From a metagenome: 32,000 bases of DNA. The translations under genes were made by a program, and so were the position numbers. A model generated the notes under the pieces. It was not told the DNA's origin and made no database searches. It was given only the letters and a program-made list of their open reading frames with translations. The DNA lies in sequence record ENA-UERK01000351-UERK01000351.1-human-gut-metagenome-genome-assembly--contig:-NODE-351-length-41642-cov-6.689089, one strand, 5' to 3'. Positions 24,694-32,000 of the stretch are shown here, piece after piece; the first letter of the stretch is position 1; each line of letters begins with the position of its first letter.

Positions 24694-25692
24694 TTACTTC
24701 ACAGCCTCGGCCACGGCCACAGCCACCGCCACGGTCGCGCCGACCATAGGATTGTTGCCCATGCCCAGGAAGCCCATCATCTCCACATGCGCAGGGACGG
24801 AGCTGGAGCCGGCAAACTGCGCGTCGCTGTGCATACGGCCCATGGTGTCGGTCATGCCGTAGGAAGCGGGACCGGCGGCCATATTGTCCGGGTGCAGCGT
24901 GCGGCCGGTGCCGCCGCCGGAGGCTACGGAGAAGTACTTCTTGCCCTGCTCGATGCACTCCTTCTTATAGGTACCGGCCACAGGGTGCTGGAAGCGAGTG
25001 GGGTTGGTGGAGTTGCCGGTGATGGACACATCCACGCCTTCATGGTGCATGATAGCCACACCCTCCCGGACGTCATCCGCACCGTAGCAGCGCACGTCGG
25101 CGCGTTCCGTTTCGGAATAGCGGATCTCGCGAACAATGTTCAGCTTACCGGTGAAATAGTCAAACTGGGTCTGCACATAGGTGAAGCCGTTGATGCGGCT
25201 TATGATCTGCGCCGCGTCCTTGCCAAGACCGTTCAGGATGACCCGCAGGGGCTCTTTCCGGGCCTTGTTGGCGTTGCGCACGATGCCGATAGCACCCTCG
25301 GCAGCGGCAAAGGACTCGTGACCGGCCAGGAACGCGAAACACTTGGACTCGTCGCTCAGCAGCATAGCGCCCAGATTGCCGTGGCCGATACCGACCTTGC
25401 GATCCTCGGCCACGGAGCCGTCGATGCAGAAGGACTGCAATCCCTCACCGATCTTCCGTGCGGCGTCGGCAGCGGTCTTGACACCGGACTTCAGCGCGAT
25501 GGCCGCACCCACGGTGTACGCCCAGCAGGCGTTCTCAAAGCAGATGGGCTGAATGCTCTTGACGATCTCATAGGGGTCGAAGCCCTTCGCCTTGCAGAGC
25601 TCGCGGCACTCCTCCACGGAGCCGATGCCGTACTGCGCGAGGACGCCGTTGATCTTGTCGATACGTCTTTCGTAACTTTCAAACAGAGCCAT
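24694..25692 (-). CDS. GGGtGRT family protein (function unknown)
   Basis: 332 aa containing the eponymous motif ...FSVASGGGTGRTLHPDNM... GGAGGA RBS. Lies 18 nt downstream of the NifU-like gene. Confidence 0.85.
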   Translation of the reverse strand: MALFESYERRIDKINGVLAQYGIGSVEECRELCKAKGFDPYEIVKSIQPICFENACWAYTVGAAIALKSGVKTAADAARKIGEGLQSFCIDGSVAEDRKVGIGHGNLGAMLLSDESKCFAFLAGHESFAAAEGAIGIVRNANKARKEPLRVILNGLGKDAAQIISRINGFTYVQTQFDYFTGKLNIVREIRYSETERADVRCYGADDVREGVAIMHHEGVDVSITGNSTNPTRFQHPVAGTYKKECIEQGKKYFSVASGGGTGRTLHPDNMAAGPASYGMTDTMGRMHSDAQFAGSSSVPAHVEMMGFLGMGNNPMVGATVAVAVAVAEAVK

Positions 25693-25710
25693 TTTGTCGT
25701 CCTCCTTCTC

Positions 25711-26403
25711 TTATTCCTGGCGCGGGTCGATATACTTCGCCGCGTTGTCCCACTGGCCGTAGTGGCCGGTGGCGTTCTTCAGGGCTTCGTTGGCGTCCAC
25801 GCCCTTCTTCACGGCGTCCATCATCTTGCCCAGACTGATGAACTCATAGCCGATGATCTCATCCTTGTCGTTCAAAGCCAGCTTGCTGCAATAGCCCTCG
25901 GCCATCTCCAGATAGCGGGGACCCTTTTCGCGGGTGCCGAACATGGTGCCCACCTGAGAGCGCAGGCCCTTGCCCAAGTCCTCCAGAGACGCGCCCACAG
26001 CCAGACCGTCCTCGGAGAAAGCGGACTGAGTGCGGCCATAGACGATCTGCAGGAACAGCTCGCGCATGGCGGTGTTGATGGCATCGCACACCAGGTCGGT
26101 GTTCAGCGCCTCCAGAATAGTCTTGCCGATCAGAATCTCGGAAGCCATGGCGGCGGAGTGGGTCATACCAGAGCAGCCGATGGTCTCCACCAGCGCCTCC
26201 TCGATAACGCCGTTCTTCACGTTCAGCGTCAGCTTGCAGGCACCCTGCTGGGGTGCACACCAGCCGATACCGTGGGTAAAGCCGGAAATATCCCCGATCT
26301 GCTTGGCCTGTACCCACTTGCCCTCCTCGGGAATGGGAGCCGGACCGTGATAAGCGCCCTTGGCGACAGGACACATATGCTGTACTTCCGTCGTGTAGAT
26401 CAT
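25711..26403 (-). CDS. NifU-N/IscU-like Fe-S scaffold-related protein (function unknown in this context)
   Basis: 230 aa from ATG 26403: MIYTTEVQHMCPVAKGAYHGP...GACKLTLNVKNGVIEEALVETIGCSGMTHSAAMASEIL, an IscU-like Cys pattern. The 22-aa extension in the ORF track is rejected. Confidence 0.75.
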   Translation of the reverse strand: MIYTTEVQHMCPVAKGAYHGPAPIPEEGKWVQAKQIGDISGFTHGIGWCAPQQGACKLTLNVKNGVIEEALVETIGCSGMTHSAAMASEILIGKTILEALNTDLVCDAINTAMRELFLQIVYGRTQSAFSEDGLAVGASLEDLGKGLRSQVGTMFGTREKGPRYLEMAEGYCSKLALNDKDEIIGYEFISLGKMMDAVKKGVDANEALKNATGHYGQWDNAAKYIDPRQE

Positions 26404-26491
26404 AGTGACGATGTTCCTTTCTGTGTTATAGTCGTGCCTTGCGGCGGGTAAAACGAAATGGCGATCCATGTATCATGGCCGCTTCGCGGTC

Positions 26492-26520
26492 ATTATACCA
26501 AATCTCCCCACAAATTGCAA
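26492..26520 (-). promoter_or_regulatory. strong sigma-A promoter of the NifU-like/GGGtGRT operon
   Basis: Minus strand TTGCAA, 17 nt, TGgTATAAT (extended -10). Predicts a leader of about 80 nt. Confidence 0.6.
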
Positions 26521-26566
26521 GAAACATTCCAAACATTTGGGCATTCTGCGAAATCGTCTGTAAGCA

Positions 26567-26594
26567 TTGACTTTTCCCGTAAAACCAGTATACT
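26567..26594 (+). promoter_or_regulatory. candidate sigma-A promoter of gltX
   Basis: TTGACT, 16 nt, TATACT. The palindrome ATACTAT-t-ATAGTAT (26590-26604) overlaps the -10. Confidence 0.5.
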
Positions 26595-26632
26595 ATTATA
26601 GTATTTTTATCAAGTAACGGAGGTCCACCCCT

Positions 26633-28114
26633 ATGTCTGACGCCGCTTATTTTACCGAGATGGAAGCCAAGATCCCCACGGGCAAGGTCCGCACCCGCTT
26701 TGCGCCCTCCCCTACCGGTTATATGCACATCGGCAATCTGCGTACCGCCCTGTATACCTGGCTCATTGCCCGCAGTCATGGCGGCACGTTTATCCTCCGT
26801 ATCGAGGATACCGACCAGGGGCGGCTGGTGGAGGGAGCTACCAACGTCATCTACCGCACCATGACCGAGTGCCATCTGAACCATGACGAGGGCCCCGACA
26901 TCGGCGGTCCCGTGGCTCCCTATATCCAGTCCCAACGTCGGGATACCTACGGCAAATACGCCCGCTTGCTGGCGGAAAAGGGCGGCGCCTATTACTGTTT
27001 CTGCGAGAAGTGTGCCTCCGAGGAGGACACCGGCGATTTTGACCGCGCCGATGATCCCTGCCGTGATCTGCCGCTGGAGGACACGCTGCGCCGCGTGGAG
27101 GCGGGCGAGCCTTACGTCATCCGCCAGCGCATCCCCAAGGAGGGCACCACCACGTTCCACGATGCCGTTTTCGGCGACATCACCGTGGAAAACAGCACGC
27201 TGGACGATCAGGTACTGCTGAAGCGGGATGGCCTGCCCACCTACAACTTCGCCAACGTCATCGACGATCATCTCATGGGCATCACCCATGTGGTACGCGG
27301 CAGCGAGTATCTGTCCTCCGCGCCCAAGTACGACCTTCTTTACCACGCTTTCGGCTGGGAGGTACCCACCTATGTCCACTGCTCCCCCGTCATGCGGGAC
27401 GCGCAGAACAAGATGTCCAAGCGCCACGGCGACCCCAGCTATGAGGACCTGAAGGCAGAGGGTTATCTGACCGATGCCATTCTCAACTACGTTGCCCTGC
27501 TGGGCTGGAGTCCCAAGGGTGAGCTGGCGGAGCAGGAGATCTTCTCTCTTGATGCGCTTGTCAAGGCGTTTGATCTGACCGGTATTTCCAAATCTCCCGC
27601 CATCTTCGACAAGGCCAAGCTGGATCATTTCAACGCCGTCTACCTGCGTGCCATGTCCCCGGAGGACTTCGCCAAGGCAGCCGAGCCCTACATCCGCCAG
27701 AGCGTCAAGGGCGACTTTGACGTGGCGGCCATCGCCGCGCTGCTGCAGGCGCGCTGCGAGCGTCTTACAGATATCCCGGAGAAGGTGGACTTCTTCGATG
27801 CGTGCCCGGAGTACGACGTGGAATTCTTCACCAACAAGAAATCTAAGACGAACCCGGAGGTCTGCAAGGCCATGCTGGAGGCGGCTATTCCCATGCTGGC
27901 GGCGCTGCCCCAGTGGACGGACGAGGCCATCCACGATGGCCTGATCGCCTTAGCTGAACAATTGGGTGTCAAGAATGCCACCCTCATGTGGCCGGTACGT
28001 ATCGCTGCTGCCGGCAAGCTGGTCACCCCCGGCGGCGCAGTGGAGATCTGCCGCATCCTGGGCCGTGATGAAACGCTCCGCCGTCTCCGCGCCGGCCTGG
28101 AGAAGCTGGCATGA
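26633..28114 (+). CDS. gltX: glutamate--tRNA ligase
   Basis: RFAPSPTGYMHIGNLRTAL (HIGH) and KMSKRHG (KMSKS). 493 aa. Confidence 0.95.
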   Translation: MSDAAYFTEMEAKIPTGKVRTRFAPSPTGYMHIGNLRTALYTWLIARSHGGTFILRIEDTDQGRLVEGATNVIYRTMTECHLNHDEGPDIGGPVAPYIQSQRRDTYGKYARLLAEKGGAYYCFCEKCASEEDTGDFDRADDPCRDLPLEDTLRRVEAGEPYVIRQRIPKEGTTTFHDAVFGDITVENSTLDDQVLLKRDGLPTYNFANVIDDHLMGITHVVRGSEYLSSAPKYDLLYHAFGWEVPTYVHCSPVMRDAQNKMSKRHGDPSYEDLKAEGYLTDAILNYVALLGWSPKGELAEQEIFSLDALVKAFDLTGISKSPAIFDKAKLDHFNAVYLRAMSPEDFAKAAEPYIRQSVKGDFDVAAIAALLQARCERLTDIPEKVDFFDACPEYDVEFFTNKKSKTNPEVCKAMLEAAIPMLAALPQWTDEAIHDGLIALAEQLGVKNATLMWPVRIAAAGKLVTPGGAVEICRILGRDETLRRLRAGLEKLA

Positions 28115-28713
28115 AAAAACAGTTTTGTGCCATCGCCGCTTTCTGGCACAGGGAATATGGCCGATTTGTCGGTATAACTGCCCTTGCTTTTTTGGCATTG
28201 ACCGTGCTGGCTTACATTGTCGGAAGGCTTGTCCCCAATGTTCCCGTAACCATTATACGCACCTTCAACGAGAGCATTGCAGACGCCGGTATCATCCGCG
28301 ATGATGGCAGCTTCAGCGCGCTGGCCCTGTTCGGCAACAACCTTCGGGCTATGGTGATGACCGTGCTTTATGGTTTTATACCATTCCTGTATCTGCCGGC
28401 ACTGTCCCTGGGCCTCAATGCCGCGATCATCGGTATGCTTGCCGCACTGATGGATGGCCAGTGGCTTCTGCTGTTGGCCGGTCTTGTGCCTCACGGCATC
28501 TTTGAGGTCCCCGCCCTGCTGCTCAGTCTGGCCGCCGGACTCTGCCTGTGCAGAAATATCAATCGATACATCCGCTGCAACGAAAAAGGTATGATGAAGC
28601 CCCTGCTTCTGGACCTGCTTCGCGTGGTGGGATTGCTGGTGGTACCACTGCTGGCCCTGGCCGCTGTGATGGAGGCCTATGTCACTCCGCTGGCTATGCA
28701 GCTGTTTATGTAA
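28111..28713 (+). CDS. SpoIIM/DUF95-family integral membrane protein (second paralog in the window)
   Basis: 200 aa, multi-TM, with VPHGIFEVPALLLS motif typical of the family. ATGA overlap with the gltX stop. Confidence 0.7.
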   Translation: MKKQFCAIAAFWHREYGRFVGITALAFLALTVLAYIVGRLVPNVPVTIIRTFNESIADAGIIRDDGSFSALALFGNNLRAMVMTVLYGFIPFLYLPALSLGLNAAIIGMLAALMDGQWLLLLAGLVPHGIFEVPALLLSLAAGLCLCRNINRYIRCNEKGMMKPLLLDLLRVVGLLVVPLLALAAVMEAYVTPLAMQLFM

Positions 28714-28786
28714 GCCCCGTTTCCCATACGGTTTGTTTTTCCCGCGGCACCGCCGCGTACTTGATTTTGAAAGGATTGATCCCGCA

Positions 28787-30889
28787 ATGTGTGAAAAGAC
28801 CACGAACGTTCCCGCTCTGTTTGGCAAAATGGTGTTTGGTGAGCAGCAGATGCAGCAGCGTCTCCCTGCCGCCGCCTACCAGAAATGGCAGCAATGCCTG
28901 GCCCAGGGAACGCCGCTGGATCGTACCACCGCCGGCGAGATCGCCAACGCCATGAAGGACTGGGCCATCGAAAAGGGCGCTACCCATTACACCCACTGGT
29001 TCCAGCCTATGACCGGCGTTACCGCCGAAAAACACGACAGCTTCATCACCCGCGACGGCAAAGACGGCGTGGTCATGGAGCTCAGCGCCAAGGAACTGAG
29101 CAAGGGCGAGGCGGACGCCTCATCTTTCCCCTCCGGCGGTCTGCGCGCTACATTCGAAGCCCGCGGCTACACCGCATGGGACCCCACATCTTACGCCTTC
29201 GTCAAGGACGAGACACTGTATATCCCCACCATTTTCTGCTCGTACAGTGGGCAGACGCTGGACAAAAAAACGCCTCTGCTGCGCTCTATGCGTGTGCTGG
29301 ACAGGGAGTGCATCCGTATCCTGCGGCTGTTCGGCAACACCGAGGCGCAGCATGTCACGCCGCAGGTAGGCCCTGAGCAGGAGTACTTCCTGATCGACGA
29401 GAAGGTGTACCGCCAGCGCGAGGATCTGAAGCTGTGCGGCCGCACGCTGTTCGGTGCCCGTCCCTCCAAGGGGCAGGAGCTGGACGACCACTATTACGGC
29501 GCCATCAAGCCCCGGGTGGCCGCGTTCATGCGGGAGCTGGATCAGGAACTGTGGAAGCTGGGCGTGCTGGCCAAGACGGAGCACAACGAAGTTGCGCCCG
29601 CCCAGCACGAGATCGCACCCATCTACTCCGATGCCAACAGCGCCTGTGACAAAAACCAGCTGACCATGGAACTGCTGAAAAAGGTAGCCGCCCGCCACGG
29701 TTTGGTGTGCCTGCTCCATGAAAAGCCCTTTGCGGGCGTCAACGGCAGCGGCAAGCACGACAACTGGTCCCTGGCCACTGACACCGGCGAAAACCTTCTG
29801 AAGCCTGGCAGCACCCCCAGCCAGAACGCCCAGTTCCTGCTGTTTCTAGCCGCTTTTATCAAGGGCGTTGACGAGTACCAGGAAATGCTGCGCTGCTGCG
29901 TGTCCTATCCCGGCAACGACCACCGTCTGGGCGGCAACGAGGCCCCTCCCGCCATCATCTCCATCTTTCTGGGCGATGAATTAACGGCTATTCTTGATGC
30001 CATCATTCAGGGCACTGAGTATGTGGACATCACCAAGAAAAAACTCACCATCGGCGTGGACACTTTGCCGGAGATACCCCAGGACACCACTGACCGCAAC
30101 CGCACCTCTCCCCTGGCCTTCACCGGCAATAAGTTCGAGTTCCGTATGCTGGGCTCCTCTCAGTCCATCGCCAGCCCTAATGTGGTGCTGAACACCATTA
30201 TGGCCGAGGAGCTGCGCCAGTTCGCCGACATTCTGGAAAAGGCCGACGACTTCCAGTCCGCCCTCCAGAAGCTGCTGCACGACACCTTCACCGCCCACCA
30301 GCGCATCATCTTCAACGGCAATGGCTATGATGACACCTGGGTACAGGAGGCCAAGTGCCGGGGCCTGGCCAATCTGCGGGACACAGTGGACTGTATGCCC
30401 GCCTACATTGACAAAAAGAACGTCGATCTTTTCACCAAGCACGCCATCCTCACCGAGACGGAGATGCGTGCGCGGTACGAGATTCATCTGGAAAACTACT
30501 GTAAGGTGTCTGCCATCGAGGCCAGCACCCTGCTGGACATGGTCCAGCGTCATATTCTCCCCGCCGCCAGTGCTTACGCCGACCGCCTAACCCAGACGGC
30601 CTTTCACAAGGAGAACAGTGTCCCGGCCTTGTCCGCCCGCATGGAAAAGACTCTGGCCCAGCGTGTTACCGACCTGGGTGAGAAGCTGTTTGATACCTGC
30701 GAGGCGCTGCACGCTGCCCTCAGCGATGCCCCCGCCGCGGACGGCGGTATCGACGCCGCACGGTACTACCGCTGCGAGATCGTTACCCGCACCCAGAAGG
30801 CCGGCGAGCTGATCGGCCGGCTGGAATCGCTGGTGGACGCCAAGGCGTGGCCATATCCCACCTATGCGGATATTCTTTTCAGCGTGTGA
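28787..30889 (+). CDS. glnN: type III glutamine synthetase
   Basis: 700 aa from ATG 28787. FGKMVFGEQQMQQRLP...ATHYTHWFQPMTG...NGSGKHDNWS are typical GSIII motifs. The 36-aa upstream extension in the ORF track overlaps the previous gene and is rejected. Confidence 0.9.
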   Translation: MCEKTTNVPALFGKMVFGEQQMQQRLPAAAYQKWQQCLAQGTPLDRTTAGEIANAMKDWAIEKGATHYTHWFQPMTGVTAEKHDSFITRDGKDGVVMELSAKELSKGEADASSFPSGGLRATFEARGYTAWDPTSYAFVKDETLYIPTIFCSYSGQTLDKKTPLLRSMRVLDRECIRILRLFGNTEAQHVTPQVGPEQEYFLIDEKVYRQREDLKLCGRTLFGARPSKGQELDDHYYGAIKPRVAAFMRELDQELWKLGVLAKTEHNEVAPAQHEIAPIYSDANSACDKNQLTMELLKKVAARHGLVCLLHEKPFAGVNGSGKHDNWSLATDTGENLLKPGSTPSQNAQFLLFLAAFIKGVDEYQEMLRCCVSYPGNDHRLGGNEAPPAIISIFLGDELTAILDAIIQGTEYVDITKKKLTIGVDTLPEIPQDTTDRNRTSPLAFTGNKFEFRMLGSSQSIASPNVVLNTIMAEELRQFADILEKADDFQSALQKLLHDTFTAHQRIIFNGNGYDDTWVQEAKCRGLANLRDTVDCMPAYIDKKNVDLFTKHAILTETEMRARYEIHLENYCKVSAIEASTLLDMVQRHILPAASAYADRLTQTAFHKENSVPALSARMEKTLAQRVTDLGEKLFDTCEALHAALSDAPAADGGIDAARYYRCEIVTRTQKAGELIGRLESLVDAKAWPYPTYADILFSV

Positions 30890-30930
30890 TCCAAAACATT
30901 GTAATTCTGTACAGAACTCACTCTCCTCGC

Positions 30931-30964
30931 AAAAAGCCTCCCCGGTCGGGGAGGCTTTTTCTTT
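30931..30964. terminator. bidirectional terminator between glnN and the DUF4364 gene
   Basis: AAAAAGCCTCCCC-ggt-CGGGGAGGCTTTTT. Confidence 0.9.
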
Positions 30965-30965
30965 C

Positions 30966-31487
30966 TTATTTTCCGCGAAGCGCCGCAACGATCTGCGTGT
31001 ATACCTTCTCCGGCTCCCTCCGGAACCGCTCCGCCATCGCCTCGGCGTCGGCCTTATCGGCCACCATCAGATCCAACATCATCAGGCTATCCACATCGTC
31101 CCGCAGCCGCAGCTCCACGGTGAACGTCCCGTTTTCACGCGGCGTCACCCGTCCCTGCACCTGCTGCCGCCGCACCGCCGCCTTGTTCCAAGCCGCGATA
31201 TGCCTATCCGACAGCTGTCTTACGGAGTATGGCAGGCTGCTCTCGCAGATACCGCTGTTTCTCCGTCCCTTTTCCGTGATAACATACTGCCCGTCTTCCG
31301 TGACACGCAGATGCTCTGTCTTCACCAGGTCACCCAAACACTCCGCATAATCAAAGTAGTCGATGCCCTCGTCGCACATGGTCATGTCCTGCAAGTCGGC
31401 TCCGTCTACCGGCTCCGTCAGCCGCGACGCGATGTACAGGATCAGGAACTTGATCTCCAGCTTGTCCTGAATAAACGCGATACCCAC
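30966..31487 (-). CDS. DUF4364 family protein (putative wHTH regulator-like)
   Basis: AAGGAGG plus 8 nt plus GTG 31487, with TATAAT upstream. (M)GIAFIQDKLEIKFLILYIASRLTEPV... resembles the DUF4364 N-terminus (recollection). Confidence 0.65.
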   Translation of the reverse strand: MGIAFIQDKLEIKFLILYIASRLTEPVDGADLQDMTMCDEGIDYFDYAECLGDLVKTEHLRVTEDGQYVITEKGRRNSGICESSLPYSVRQLSDRHIAAWNKAAVRRQQVQGRVTPRENGTFTVELRLRDDVDSLMMLDLMVADKADAEAMAERFRREPEKVYTQIVAALRGK

Positions 31488-31551
31488 ATCGCCCACCTCC
31501 TTTTTTGGTATTATACGCAATTTTTACCCGCTTGTAAAGCGAAACCCCGCG

Positions 31552-31593
31552 AAAAAAAGCAGAGGACGGCTCTCGCCGTCCCCTGTTCTGCTT
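31552..31593 (-). terminator. intrinsic terminator of the Cys-rich protein gene
   Basis: Minus strand GCAGAACAGGGGACGGC-gaga-GCCGTCCTCTGC followed by TTTTTTT. Confidence 0.75.
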
Positions 31594-31594
31594 C

Positions 31595-32000
31595 TCAATG
31601 GCACGCACAGTAGTTCTTGGTGCTGTTATAGTCACAGGGCGTCTCCACCGCGTTGGGCGGGAAAAACTCGTTCATGGGGAACGCCACACTGCGGAACAGC
31701 CCGCAGGGATCCTCCTGGCTGCCGCAGTCGCACTCGCTCTGGGGCACGCAGTAGTCATATACCGGCACCAGCAGCTGTGTATCGCGTTCCAACCGCACCA
31801 GCGTGAACTGCCCCAGCGTCACATACAGCCGCCGTGCTGCACTGTCGTCGAACACCAGCTCTCCACTGAAGCTCTGCGCCACAAAGGACGGGATCTCCGA
31901 CAAACAACTGCCTGTAGAGACAGAGACCGGTACCTCCGCTACACGGGTGTCCAGCACGATGGGGTCCACGGCCTCCACCACGGCGATAGGCAGATTGGTC
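31595..32000 (-). CDS. hypothetical protein with Cys-rich C-terminus; 5' end may lie beyond the window
   Basis: The frame is open to the window edge (…NLPIAVVEAVDPIVLD…). The C-terminus is YDYCVPQSECDCGSQEDPCGLF...TPCDYNSTKNYCACH. Confidence 0.5.
   Translation of the reverse strand, partial: TNLPIAVVEAVDPIVLDTRVAEVPVSVSTGSCLSEIPSFVAQSFSGELVFDDSAARRLYVTLGQFTLVRLERDTQLLVPVYDYCVPQSECDCGSQEDPCGLFRSVAFPMNEFFPPNAVETPCDYNSTKNYCACH

Noticed and set aside
24604-26451. 615-aa plus-strand ORF
   Set aside because: It lies entirely antisense to the GGGtGRT and NifU-like genes, has a low-complexity A/G/H/V/L-rich composition and no SD. This is a typical high-GC shadow ORF.
26426-27934. 502-aa minus-strand ORF, together with 27688..28827 (379 aa)
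   Set aside because: Both are antisense shadows of gltX and the DUF95 gene, whose frames carry HIGH/KMSKS and PHGIFE motifs.
28714-28786. Possible glutamine-responsive leader or terminator upstream of glnN
   Set aside because: Only a 4-bp stem (CCGT...ACGG) followed by a T-run is visible. I recognised no known glnA-type RNA motif, so the evidence is insufficient.

Overview
This window looks like a core chromosomal segment of a high-GC, spore-forming Clostridia-type genome. The Oscillospiraceae/Ruminococcaceae flavour is an inference from gene content and synteny, not a search result. Most of it is housekeeping and lies mainly on the minus strand: ssrA (tmRNA), ppiB, smpB, yebC, nif3-trmK, sigH, ruvCAB, xerD, spoIIM, yajC-tgt-queA, T-box-controlled tyrS, and recN-argR-nadK-tlyA-dxs. 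On the plus strand are gltX, a SpoIIM-family paralog and a type III glutamine synthetase. I found no rRNA, tRNA or CRISPR array. Five regions deserve a second look. (1) A low-GC integrase island of about 2 kb (about 2465-4470) truncates a NUDIX gene and fuses it in frame to an island wHTH fragment. Two consecutive island genes, one a GIY-YIG nuclease, each carry a single in-frame TAG, and no island gene terminates with TAG. (2) A mobile-element ORF enters from the left edge and converges on the exact 3' end of tmRNA. (3) A 445-nt gap between dxs and a plus-strand operon contains tandem repeats over the dxs promoter and leader, plus a roughly 200-nt hand-foldable RNA. That RNA ends in a strong intrinsic terminator whose 5' half can alternatively pair with the start of the region, which is riboswitch/leader-like. 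(4) Downstream sits a tightly coupled operon of three small proteins of unknown function (23560-24472). It is followed by a free-standing 21-aa, 4-Cys peptide gene with its own consensus promoter, SD and terminator. (5) A GGGtGRT-family / NifU-like gene pair of unknown function has its own strong promoter. All coordinates and folds were worked out by eye, and all family assignments come from recognised motifs, not database searches.
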